Source: Thermoanaerobaculia bacterium (GTDB taxonomy: Bacteria; Acidobacteriota; Thermoanaerobaculia; UBA5066). Taken from it: a stretch of DNA of 64,000 nucleotides. A program made the position numbers and the translations under genes. The first letter of the stretch is position 1; each line of letters begins with the position of its first letter. Where the stretch lies: assembly GCA_963719225.1 (NCBI GenBank), contig CAVRAY010000002.1, forward strand, positions 32,001-96,000, read 5' to 3'. Shown one piece after another: positions 55,872 through 64,000 of this stretch. A model generated the notes under the pieces. The model was not told where the DNA came from and did not search any database. It was given only the letters and a program-made list of their open reading frames with translations.

Positions 55872-57338
55872 TCAGTTCAGGCCGCCGATCTCCTTCGCCA
55901 CCGCGAGCACCTCGTCTACCGTAGCGTCCGCGTCGGCGAGCGTCGAGCGGGGGTTGATGAAGCACGGCCGGATCGCGAAGCGGCCGTTCACGCGCGTGTG
56001 GGACGGGATCGCGCGGCCGCGCGCGCGCACTCCGAGGAGGACCTTCTCGTTCAACGCGTCGAGCGCGGCCTCGTCCGAGACGTTCTTCGGCTTCACGCGG
56101 AAGCAGCAGATCGAGAGGATCGGCTCGGCGAGGAGCTCGAGCTCGGGATGCTCCCTCACGCGCGCGGCGACGCGGCGCGCGCAGTCGTGGTGGCGGATGA
56201 CGCGCGCGCGCATGCCGGAAGCGCCCATCTCCTTCAGCGCGGCCCAGACCGTGAGGCCGCGCGCAGGCGCCGAGTGGTCCACGGAGAAGTCGGGGTTTCC
56301 CTCGCCGCGCTCGTCGAAAGGCGAGCCGAGGTCGCCCGTGCCGGTCGGTGCCATCTCCACGTATGCGGCCGGCTCGAGGGTGAGGGCGCGCGCGAGGAAG
56401 CCGCCGTCGCGAACGAACCCGGCGCCGCAGCCGACGGGAACCGCCATCCACTTGTGCGGGTCGACCGCGAACGAGTCGATCCTGGTGAGGTCTCCGTAGA
56501 GGGGCTTGACGCGCGGATCGAGGACGCCGAAACCACCGTAGGCACCGTCCACGTGCAGCCACACGCCCCGCGCGTGCGCGATCTCACGCATCGCGTCGAT
56601 CGGTTCCACGGCGCCGGTATTCACGTCGCCCGCGGACGCGACGACGGCGACGGGCGTCCGCCCGGCCGCAATGTCCTCGTCGAGGAGACGCTCGAGCGCG
56701 GAGAGGTCGGGCATCCTCTTCGCGTCGACGGGAATCATCCGCAGCGCGCGGCGGCCCAGCCCGAGAACCCCGCAGGCGCGGTGGACGACGTGATGCACCT
56801 CGGTCGACGCGTAAACCCGAGGCTCGACGAGGCGCTGGAGGCCGTCGAGGCTCGGATCGAAGCCGCGCCTCTCGCCCGCCTCCTGGCGCGCGGCCGCGAG
56901 GCCGATGAGGTTGGCCGTCGCGCCGCCGCTCGTGAAACCGCCCTCGAAGTGATCGGGAAGTCCGACGAGGCGCTGGAGCCAGCGCAGCGCGAGGACCTCG
57001 AGGAAGTTGCCCGGCGTCGCCCACCAGCGCTGTGCCGCCGAGATCGCGCCCGCGAGCTGGGCGACGGCCGGCACCGTCGTCGGCATCGTCGTGACCCATC
57101 CCGTGAACCCAGGAGCGCCGATCCTCAGTCCGTTCGGGACGACGTGGGCGCGCAGCACTTCGAGGACCGCCTCGCGTCCCGCGCCGGTCTCGGGCAGCGG
57201 CTCGTCCAGGGCGGCGCGCCAAAGGGAGCGCCGCGCCGCCGGATCCGCGCCCTCGAACCGGGTGAACGACTCGAGCGCGGGCACGAGAGACGCGAGAGAC
57301 TCGGCGAGAGCGTCCGTCTCCGCAATGTCCGGGGGCAT
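55872..57338 (-). CDS. Group II PLP-dependent decarboxylase
   Basis: FTSGG..ANL, AGDVNTGAV.P, WLHVDGAYG, DPHKW; ATG at 57338 with GGAGG SD. Confidence 0.9.
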   Translation of the reverse strand: MPPDIAETDALAESLASLVPALESFTRFEGADPAARRSLWRAALDEPLPETGAGREAVLEVLRAHVVPNGLRIGAPGFTGWVTTMPTTVPAVAQLAGAISAAQRWWATPGNFLEVLALRWLQRLVGLPDHFEGGFTSGGATANLIGLAAARQEAGERRGFDPSLDGLQRLVEPRVYASTEVHHVVHRACGVLGLGRRALRMIPVDAKRMPDLSALERLLDEDIAAGRTPVAVVASAGDVNTGAVEPIDAMREIAHARGVWLHVDGAYGGFGVLDPRVKPLYGDLTRIDSFAVDPHKWMAVPVGCGAGFVRDGGFLARALTLEPAAYVEMAPTGTGDLGSPFDERGEGNPDFSVDHSAPARGLTVWAALKEMGASGMRARVIRHHDCARRVAARVREHPELELLAEPILSICCFRVKPKNVSDEAALDALNEKVLLGVRARGRAIPSHTRVNGRFAIRPCFINPRSTLADADATVDEVLAVAKEIGGLN

Positions 57339-57377
57339 CAGACACCTCCAGCGGGCGCTATTATGGCGGTGGATCCC

Positions 57378-59864
57378 ATGGCTTCCTTCTCCCGGTTTCC
57401 AGGCCTTCCGCTCCTCAAGGCGTTCGACGGCGCCCTGAAGGAGGGTCTGCTCCTCGACGAAGCGCTCGGCGGAATCCTGACCGCCGCGCTCCACTTCTTC
57501 GACGCGCCGGTCGTGGCGCTCCTTCCCGGCGTCGGAGTGCCCCCCATGACGCGCGCCGGCAGGTCCAGCGTCGCCGCGGCCGCGGAGACGCGCCTCAACC
57601 AGCACCTCGGCGACGTGCTCACGCAGGGCCGTCCGAAGAAGATCAGCGAGGGCGGACTCTCGTTCTACGGGGCCCCCGTGAAGGTGAAGGACCAGGTCCA
57701 GGCCGTCTTCGGCGTCGTGCTGGAGACGATGGCCGCGGGAGAAGCCGAGGCAGAGGAAGGGGTGCGCATCTTCGCGCGCACGGTCGGTCACGTGCTCGAA
57801 CGCGAGCGCACGCTCGGCACGTTGATGAAGAGGCGCGAGGAGGCCGTCGCGCTCTTCGAGCTCGCGTCCGGAGCCTTCCTTTCCCTCAACCCCGACGAGG
57901 TCATCCGGCTCACCGTAGCCTCGCTCTCGCGCGAGCTCGAGTTCGACCGCGTCACGGCGTATCGATTCCATCCGGAGTCGAAAGAGGTCACGGAGATCCT
58001 CACGCAGGGCGGCTCGACGAGCGGCGAGCGGCCCCTGTCGGCCCGGCGCCCGCTCGACGCGGACGAGCTCCTGGGCCGCAGCCTGTCGGCCCACGGCCCC
58101 GCGTTCGAGGACCAGCCCGGCTCGAATCCTCCGCGCCGCCTCCGCATGTGCCTGCCGCTCCACGCCGGCGATCTCGTCTTCGGTTTCCTCACGATGTCGC
58201 GCCGCGGAGGCTTCGCCCTCACGCCGCAGGAGCTCCGGCTCGCGCAGGAGCTCGCGAAGCTGGCGGCCGGCGCCCTGGACAAGGCCCGGCTCCTCGATGC
58301 CGAGCGCCGGCACGGCGAGCGCAACGCGTTCGTGGGCCGCCTTCACACGGCGCTGTCCGGCCTCACCGACGTCTCCGCGATCGCGTCTCGCACCGTCGCC
58401 GAGCTCGGCTCGCAGTTCGACTTCGACGTCTGCGCGCTGAGGCTCCTCCCGGCCGGCGAGCTGCCCGGAACCCAGGCCGCTTACGTGAAGGGCCGCGGCA
58501 ATTCCGCCGCCGTGGAGATTCCGAACGCCCTTCTCGGGCATCTCGCGACGGAAGGCTCGCACCTTCTCCTGGCCGACATCGGGTCGGATCCGCACGGCGC
58601 TTCCCTCCTGCCGACGGGAGCGGCCGTCGCGCAGCTCCCGGCTCCCCTGGGGCTCCTCGCCGTGCCCCTCGCGTACCGCGGCGCTCCCGCGGGCGTCCTC
58701 GCCGCCGTGACGGGCGCGCATGCCGAAGCTCTCTCCGCCGAGGTGCTGCGCTCGTTCGAGGCCCTTGGCGTCGAGGTTTCGCTCGCGATCACGTCGGCCC
58801 GCCTCCTCCAGCAGGAACGGGAGTCGTACCTCTTCCTCGACCGGCTGCGCGAAGTCGGCCGCTCGCTCTCGACGACGTTCGACGTCGAGCGCATCAAGCA
58901 GACGCTCTGCGAGCAGTCCGTCACGCTCCTGAAGGCCGATGCCGCGCAGTTCTGGGACGCGGATCCGGCCTCGAAGTCCGCGAAGATCTCCACCCGCTGG
59001 GGCGCCGACGTCGGCGACGAGGTCGGACGCGGAGTCGCCTTCGAGCAAACGGGCCACCCGATCGTCCGCACGTTCCTCGACAAGACGCTCTGTATCGCCG
59101 GCCCCGGCGAGGGTTCCACGTTCTTTCCGGGCAATCCCGGGGGCGCGAGCGCGCCCCTCATCCGTGCCGCTGCGGTGCCTCTCACGTACCACGACGAGCT
59201 CATCGGCGTCCTCTCCGTCGGCGCGCGGCGCGGAAGCGAAGACTGGCCGGTGGACCTCAAGGAACGGCTCGATCTCCTCGCGGACGCAGCGGCGGTCGCG
59301 CTTCACAACGCGCGCCTCATGAAGCTCATCGAGCAGCAGACAGAGCGCGACAGCCAATCCGGCCTCTACAACCGTTCGTCCCTCGCGAAGAGGCTCGAAT
59401 CCGAGCTGCGTCGCGCCGAGCGCAACGGCCAGTCCATTGCCGTGGCGCACCTGCGCATGGACGGACTCAAGGAGGCGATCGGAAAGCTCGGCGCCGGATC
59501 CGGGGATTCCCTGTTGCCGAAGCTCGCCGCCAAGCTCGTGCGCGCGACGCGCGCCGTCAATTTCGTCGCCCGGGACGAGGACGACCGGTTCTACATCCTC
59601 ATCTTCGAGGCGGGTAAGGTCCAGGCGCACCGCGCCCTCCACTCCGTCCAGAAGAATTTCCAGCAGGGAATGGACGAACGCCTCGTCTCCGCGGGAATCC
59701 GTCTCGGCCTCAGCGCCGGCGTCGCGGTCTACCCCGACGACGCCTTCGACGGAGCGACGCTCGTCCTGCGCGCGAACGAGGCCCTCGAGCAGGCGATTCA
59801 CACCGGACCCTCTTCCGTGGTCCTGTACCACGCTCCGGCCGAGGACTCGGCCGCGACCGGCTAG
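57378..59864 (+). CDS. Multi-GAF protein with degenerate GGDEF domain
   Basis: Repeated GAF signatures (LPL..G...G.L; LAVPL..G..GVL; AVALHNARL), RDSQSGLYNR, signature RDEDDRF, SAGVAVYPDD..L...A..AL. Start uncertain (57363, 57369 or 57378). Confidence 0.8.
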   Translation: MASFSRFPGLPLLKAFDGALKEGLLLDEALGGILTAALHFFDAPVVALLPGVGVPPMTRAGRSSVAAAAETRLNQHLGDVLTQGRPKKISEGGLSFYGAPVKVKDQVQAVFGVVLETMAAGEAEAEEGVRIFARTVGHVLERERTLGTLMKRREEAVALFELASGAFLSLNPDEVIRLTVASLSRELEFDRVTAYRFHPESKEVTEILTQGGSTSGERPLSARRPLDADELLGRSLSAHGPAFEDQPGSNPPRRLRMCLPLHAGDLVFGFLTMSRRGGFALTPQELRLAQELAKLAAGALDKARLLDAERRHGERNAFVGRLHTALSGLTDVSAIASRTVAELGSQFDFDVCALRLLPAGELPGTQAAYVKGRGNSAAVEIPNALLGHLATEGSHLLLADIGSDPHGASLLPTGAAVAQLPAPLGLLAVPLAYRGAPAGVLAAVTGAHAEALSAEVLRSFEALGVEVSLAITSARLLQQERESYLFLDRLREVGRSLSTTFDVERIKQTLCEQSVTLLKADAAQFWDADPASKSAKISTRWGADVGDEVGRGVAFEQTGHPIVRTFLDKTLCIAGPGEGSTFFPGNPGGASAPLIRAAAVPLTYHDELIGVLSVGARRGSEDWPVDLKERLDLLADAAAVALHNARLMKLIEQQTERDSQSGLYNRSSLAKRLESELRRAERNGQSIAVAHLRMDGLKEAIGKLGAGSGDSLLPKLAAKLVRATRAVNFVARDEDDRFYILIFEAGKVQAHRALHSVQKNFQQGMDERLVSAGIRLGLSAGVAVYPDDAFDGATLVLRANEALEQAIHTGPSSVVLYHAPAEDSAATG

Positions 59865-59875
59865 ACGTCGTCTAG

Positions 59876-61204
59876 CAGGCTGCTGAAAAAGGGCTCCTGA
59901 AAATCGCGGCGAGGCATTGACTGCTGCGCGATGCGGCTGCACCTTGATGTGCATGCGTGGAGACAACGAAAAGCAGGTCGATCTTGTCGTGACGATGACG
60001 CCCGAGGAGCTCGTGCCGCGGGACCACCCGATCCGCAAGGTGAAGGCGCTTGCAGACGAAGCGCTCAGGCGTCTCGAGCCCAAGCTCGCCAGGCTGTACT
60101 CGGAGCGAGGGCGTCCATCGATTCCGCCCGAGATGCTTCTCAAGGCGCAGATCCTCATCGCGCTGTACAGCGTGAGAAGCGAGCGGCTCTTCTGCGAGCG
60201 GCTCGGGTACGACTTTCTCTTCCGCTGGTTCCTGGACATGCCGGGGCTTGCACCGGCCTTCGATCCGACGACCTTCTCGAAGAACCGCCAGAGACTGTTG
60301 GAGGCCGAGGTCTTCGAGGAGTTCTTCTCGGAAGTCGTCGCACAGGCCCGCAAGAAGTTTCTTCTCTCGGACGAGCACTTCACCGTGGACGGCACGCTGA
60401 TCGAAGCGAACGCCTCCTTGAAGAGCTTCCAGCCCCGGAAGGACAAGGACGGTAAGGGCGGCGATGAGCCGCCAGCTCCTGGCGGCCGCAACGCCGATGT
60501 CGACTTTCGCGGCCAGAAGAGGCGCAACGACACGCACGCCTCGACGACCGATCCCGACGCCAAGCTCTACAAGAAGGGAGACGGCCAGCCTTCGCAGCTG
60601 TGCTACCTCGGCCACGTCTTGATGGAGAACAGAAACGGACTGTGCGTGAAGGCGCGCGTAACGACGGCCGACGGCTACGGGGAGAGGTCGGCCGCACTGG
60701 GCATGGTCGACGAGCTGGGCTCGGACAAGCGCATCACGCTGGCCGGCGACAAGGGCTACGACACGAGGGATTTCATCGAAAGGCTCCGAGAGAGAGGCGT
60801 CACGCCCCACGTGGCCCAGAACACCACCAACAGGCGCAGCGCCATCGACCGAAGGACGACGAGACACGCGGGCTACGCCGTGAGCCAGCGAATCAGGAAG
60901 CGCGTCGAAGAAATCTTCGGCTGGAGTAAGACCATCGGAGGCCTGGCCAAGACGCGCTTCCGAGGACTCGCCCGCGTGGCGGCTCACGTCCTCAGCGTGA
61001 TGACGGCCTACAACCTCGTCCGAATGGCGCGAATGGAGTCCTCGACCGCCTGATTCCCCCTGAAGCGCCCCTCGGTGCGACCGAAGCGGGCCGAAAAAGG
61101 CGAGCAGCACGGACTCACTCTCTCGAAGCAATCCCCTCTTTCAGCTTGACGTGTCTTCTCCCGCTCAAGCTCCTTTGAAAAAGAGCCCTTTCTTCAGCAG
61201 CCTG
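59876..61204 (+). mobile_element. IS5-family insertion sequence, 1329 bp, CTAG target-site duplication
   Basis: Left IR CAGGCTGCTGAAAAAGGGCTC (59876-59896); right IR read inward CAGGCTGCTGAAGAAAGGGCTC (61183-61204); CTAG at 59872-59875 and 61205-61208. Confidence 0.92.
59953..61053 (+). CDS. IS5-family DDE transposase
   Basis: VP.DHPIR, GRPSIPPE, SER..CE, FRWFL, VDGTLIEANAS, DKGYD, RKRVEEIFGW.K, AYNLVR. Confidence 0.93.
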   Translation: MRGDNEKQVDLVVTMTPEELVPRDHPIRKVKALADEALRRLEPKLARLYSERGRPSIPPEMLLKAQILIALYSVRSERLFCERLGYDFLFRWFLDMPGLAPAFDPTTFSKNRQRLLEAEVFEEFFSEVVAQARKKFLLSDEHFTVDGTLIEANASLKSFQPRKDKDGKGGDEPPAPGGRNADVDFRGQKRRNDTHASTTDPDAKLYKKGDGQPSQLCYLGHVLMENRNGLCVKARVTTADGYGERSAALGMVDELGSDKRITLAGDKGYDTRDFIERLRERGVTPHVAQNTTNRRSAIDRRTTRHAGYAVSQRIRKRVEEIFGWSKTIGGLAKTRFRGLARVAAHVLSVMTAYNLVRMARMESSTA

Positions 61205-62272
61205 CTAGAGGTCGAGGTCCTTGAGATCTTCGCGGCGAAGGTCCAGCGCCCATCGCGCATTGCCCGCGACGAAGACATCGGACGACGCCTTCAACTCGAC
61301 GAGGGTCTTTTCGGCCTTTTCGCGCTGGGCGGCCGTGCCCATGAGGCGCACGTGTCCGAGCATGACGATCGCCTCGTTGCGGAAGCGGCCGTCAGGTGAG
61401 CTCTTCGCAACGACGATCACGTCGTCGACTTTCCGGTCGGTGACTGCCTCCTTCGCCGAAACCTGGACGGCGACGCGAGTCACGAGCTCCGCTGTGCGCA
61501 GTCTCTGCGGCGCCGCCTCGCCTTGCACGATCGCGGCCGCGAGCATGAGCGGCTGGTCGCCGCGGCGTGCGGCGAGCGCGTAGAGCTCTTCGGCGCCGAT
61601 CCGGATGGACGCGAGGCCGACGAGATCCTGGATGAGCGTCGCGTCCTCCTGCCGGAGGAGCCGTCCCCACCGGATCGCGCGGCGGCAGTCCTCGAGCGCC
61701 GCCGGGGCGTCGGGATTCGAGGCCGCGCTGGCGACCCAGGATCTCGCGAAGGACAGCGCGACGAGGAGATTGGGGATCGGCGTCGAAGCCCCTTCGGCGG
61801 CCCAGACGTCCGGATAGAAGCGCATCGTCGCCTGGTCGGCCCACGCCTCGGCCTCCTTCAGGAGAGAGTCGTCGGGAGGCAGAACCAGCCCGAGGTCGCC
61901 CGGCCCGGCGATGCGGCGCTTCATCGCCGCCTCAGCCTCCCCGAGCCGTGCCCCCTGCGGCTTCGCGAAGTCCTTCAGCCAGAGCGCGGCGTTCGCGGGA
62001 CCGTCGCCGAGAGGCGCGAGTAGGTCGAGGTCCGACTGGAATTTCACCGGCCACTTTTCGCTCGCGGGGCAGGACCAGCAAGGCACCTTCGGGACGTCGA
62101 CGCGGATCGGGAGGGCGACGCGAGCGGGCGGCGCCGGCTTGTCGAAGCGGGCGAGCTGCGGCCGCCCCGGCGATGCCGGGGAGCCGAGTCCCGCCCAGCG
62201 GATTCCGAGAGCGGCGGCGAGAACGACGACGACGGCAAGGGCGGCGAGGACCCGGGTGCGCGAGCGGTTCAT
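61205..62272 (-). CDS. Membrane-anchored hypothetical protein with CxxC and HEAT-like helical C-terminus
   Basis: N-terminal TM, PCWSCP, helical repeats; ATGA overlap with the upstream gene. Confidence 0.7.
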   Translation of the reverse strand: MNRSRTRVLAALAVVVVLAAALGIRWAGLGSPASPGRPQLARFDKPAPPARVALPIRVDVPKVPCWSCPASEKWPVKFQSDLDLLAPLGDGPANAALWLKDFAKPQGARLGEAEAAMKRRIAGPGDLGLVLPPDDSLLKEAEAWADQATMRFYPDVWAAEGASTPIPNLLVALSFARSWVASAASNPDAPAALEDCRRAIRWGRLLRQEDATLIQDLVGLASIRIGAEELYALAARRGDQPLMLAAAIVQGEAAPQRLRTAELVTRVAVQVSAKEAVTDRKVDDVIVVAKSSPDGRFRNEAIVMLGHVRLMGTAAQREKAEKTLVELKASSDVFVAGNARWALDLRREDLKDLDL

Positions 62273-62604
62273 GAGCGGTCTCCTTCGAGCGCGGGAAGCG
62301 CGTGTTCGTCGATGCGGGGAAGGCGGGTGGTCGAGGCGAGCTCGGGGTCGGGCCGCATGACCGGAGCGGACGCGACCGGAGCTTCAACCTGGCCGTGCCG
62401 CGGGAGAAGCGCGTGCGCAACCCCGAGCCCGGCGACGGAGGCGGCCCACGCGAGGCGCGCGACACGGCTCGAAAGCAGCCGCGTCCAGACATCCGGCGGC
62501 GGCGCTGCCGCGAAGGCGGCCCGCCCGGCCGCGAGAGCGTCCTCTTTGAGACGCGCGGGAACGGCAGGCGGCTCGAGCCCGCGAAGCAGTGGGTCGTCGG
62601 TCAT
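62269..62604 (-). CDS. Small single-TM putative anti-sigma factor
   Basis: MTDDPLLRGLEPP..W..ARLAWAASVAGLGVAHALL; ATGA-coupled to both the sigma gene and the downstream gene. Confidence 0.6.
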   Translation of the reverse strand: MTDDPLLRGLEPPAVPARLKEDALAAGRAAFAAAPPPDVWTRLLSSRVARLAWAASVAGLGVAHALLPRHGQVEAPVASAPVMRPDPELASTTRLPRIDEHALPALEGDRS

Positions 62605-63185
62605 CGGGAATTTCCCATCAGTCGGCGCAGCCGGGCCAGGGCGAGCCGGCATCGGCTCGCCGCGGTGAAGGCGGCGACGCCGGTGATCGCCCCGATCTCG
62701 CGGAACGAGCAGCCGGCGACGTGGTGAAGAAGAACCGCCTCGCGTTGGGCTGGCGGGAGCTGAGCGAGGACGCGTGAGATGTTGGAGGCCGCGGCCGTGC
62801 TTTCCGGACTGGAGCCGGGCGCCGCGACGTGGGCGGCGCTTTCGAGCGGCTCCGTTCGACGCCGAGTCCTTCGCCGCACCGCGTCCACCGCCGCGTTGTG
62901 GGTCACCGCGAGGAGCCAGATGTGCGGCGCCTCGACGCCGCTCAGAGCGCGGCGTCGGGAGGCGAGACGCACGAAGACCTCCTGGACGACGTCGCGCGCG
63001 TCCTCCTCGCATCCCGTTCGCCAGAGTGCGAGGCCGTAAAGACGCTGCGACGACAAATCCCAGATCGCTTCCAGCGCGCCGGAATCGCCCCCGGCGAGGG
63101 CATCGAAGGGCGTGCGCAGCGCCTCCCCCCAGGAGGCGTCGCGGACGGGGAGCCTCTCCTCCAAATGTCCGGCCATCGCGTGCAT
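62601..63185 (-). CDS. ECF RNA polymerase sigma factor
   Basis: LAGGD..ALE..WD, ARDVVQEVF, WL..VTHN.AVD, LP..QREAV.L..G.SFREIG..TAASR.R.AL. Confidence 0.88.
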   Translation of the reverse strand: MHAMAGHLEERLPVRDASWGEALRTPFDALAGGDSGALEAIWDLSSQRLYGLALWRTGCEEDARDVVQEVFVRLASRRRALSGVEAPHIWLLAVTHNAAVDAVRRRTRRRTEPLESAAHVAAPGSSPESTAAASNISRVLAQLPPAQREAVLLHHVAGCSFREIGAITGVAAFTAASRCRLALARLRRLMGNSR

Positions 63186-63192
63186 CGTAGGG

Positions 63193-63221
63193 AAGACGCC
63201 CGGGGTGTGCGATCTGGTCAC
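63193..63221 (-). promoter_or_regulatory. Putative leaderless ECF promoter GTGACC-N17-CGTCTT overlapping a 9-bp hairpin
   Basis: CGTCTT lies 7 nt before ATG 63185; stem CGGGGTGTG/CACACCCCG at 63201-63227. Confidence 0.5.
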
Positions 63222-63227
63222 ACCCCG

Positions 63228-64000
63228 CTAGACGAACGTCTCGACGGGGACGCCGGGAACGGCCGCCCGGGCCGCTCCCGCGATGTCCTCCAGCTCCCCC
63301 TTCGTCAGCGGGTTCACTCCCGGCTCCATCGTCTCGCGCGCGACCGTGTAGACCTGGACGAGCGAGAGGCGGCCGCCCGCGTCCACGACCTTCGCGAGGC
63401 GGCCCGCCCAGGCAGTGATCTCGTCTCGTGGCGGCGCCTCGCCGCGGAGGCGCAGAAACATCGACTGCACGACGACGGGATGGCGTCTCGCAGCCGCCGT
63501 GAGATTCGCGAGGATCCTCTCGAAAGGGATCGCGGTCCTTGCGATCGCTTTGTAGAAGCCTTCCGTGCCCGCGTCGAGCTTGATCCAGAACGCGCCTCCC
63601 CGCGACGCGAAGAGGTCGTGCGCCTCGCGCATCTCGTCGCGCGCGAGGCCAGATCCGTTCGTGATGAGGACGAACGGAACGTCCCGGAACCCGGCGGCGT
63701 CGCGCACGTCGAAAAGAGTCCGCGCCAGCGGGAGGAAGCCGCGAAACGTGGACGGCTCGCCGTCGCCCGCGAAGGCGATGTCGCGCACCGGATCGGCCGG
63801 GAACGGCCCGGCCGCCGGCGCACGGGACGCCAGCTCTTCCGCGAGCTCGCGCGCCACGTCGTCGATCACGATCGTGGGCCGCCCGGTCCCCTTCGCGATC
63901 TCGCGGCGGTCGATGACCTCGCAGTAGACGCAGTCGAAGTTGCACGTCTTCTGCGGGTCGAGGTTGATGCCGATCGACATTCCGTGCGATCGGCGCGCGC
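63228..64000 (-). CDS. Radical SAM protein of unknown function, 5' end outside window
   Basis: SIGINL.P.KTCNFDCVYCEV, IAFAGDGEP, LITN, KLDAG, VQVYTVAR. Confidence 0.88.
   Translation of the reverse strand, partial: ARRSHGMSIGINLDPQKTCNFDCVYCEVIDRREIAKGTGRPTIVIDDVARELAEELASRAPAAGPFPADPVRDIAFAGDGEPSTFRGFLPLARTLFDVRDAAGFRDVPFVLITNGSGLARDEMREAHDLFASRGGAFWIKLDAGTEGFYKAIARTAIPFERILANLTAAARRHPVVVQSMFLRLRGEAPPRDEITAWAGRLAKVVDAGGRLSLVQVYTVARETMEPGVNPLTKGELEDIAGAARAAVPGVPVETFV

Noticed and set aside
55872-60563. 1563-aa ORF suggesting a giant decarboxylase fusion
   Set aside because: Only the last ~488 codons (from ATG 57338, with SD) are decarboxylase; the rest is antisense to the GAF protein and transposase.

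Overview
A high-GC (about 70% by eye), gene-dense bacterial chromosome segment with roughly 55 CDSs. Gene content and protein families suggest Acidobacteriota, possibly Thermoanaerobaculia; this is inferred, not verified. Most genes are housekeeping: ntrY/ntrX-like two-component pair, formiminotransferase, nadE, glyA, dgt, folC, accD, a Btu/Fec-type ABC importer, mtaB, yebC, ruvC, ftsEX, gatB, class II aldolase, queF, lepB, gltA, ppk2 and gnd. Accessory DNA sits at convergent gene junctions: a MazEF-type pair, a Phd-VapC pair, a truncated nucleotidyltransferase and an intact IS5-family element with a CTAG target duplication. I saw no rRNA, tRNA or CRISPR array. Most notable observations: (1) many apparently leaderless promoters, including a 10-bp palindrome ATCTTAAGAT that could be the -10 box for two divergent genes only 22 bp apart; (2) two probable CTG starts in CTGA stop/start overlaps; (3) a pseudo-receiver/Ser-Thr kinase/TonB-C fusion heading an operon with a small coiled-coil protein and a Btu-like transporter; (4) a four-gene aryl-polyene/flexirubin-like lipid module; (5) a PuuD-crotonase fusion; (6) an unannotated 28-codon signal-peptide-like ORF after ftsX whose stop lies in an 18-bp direct repeat. 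All calls come from motif recognition by eye; no database searches were run.
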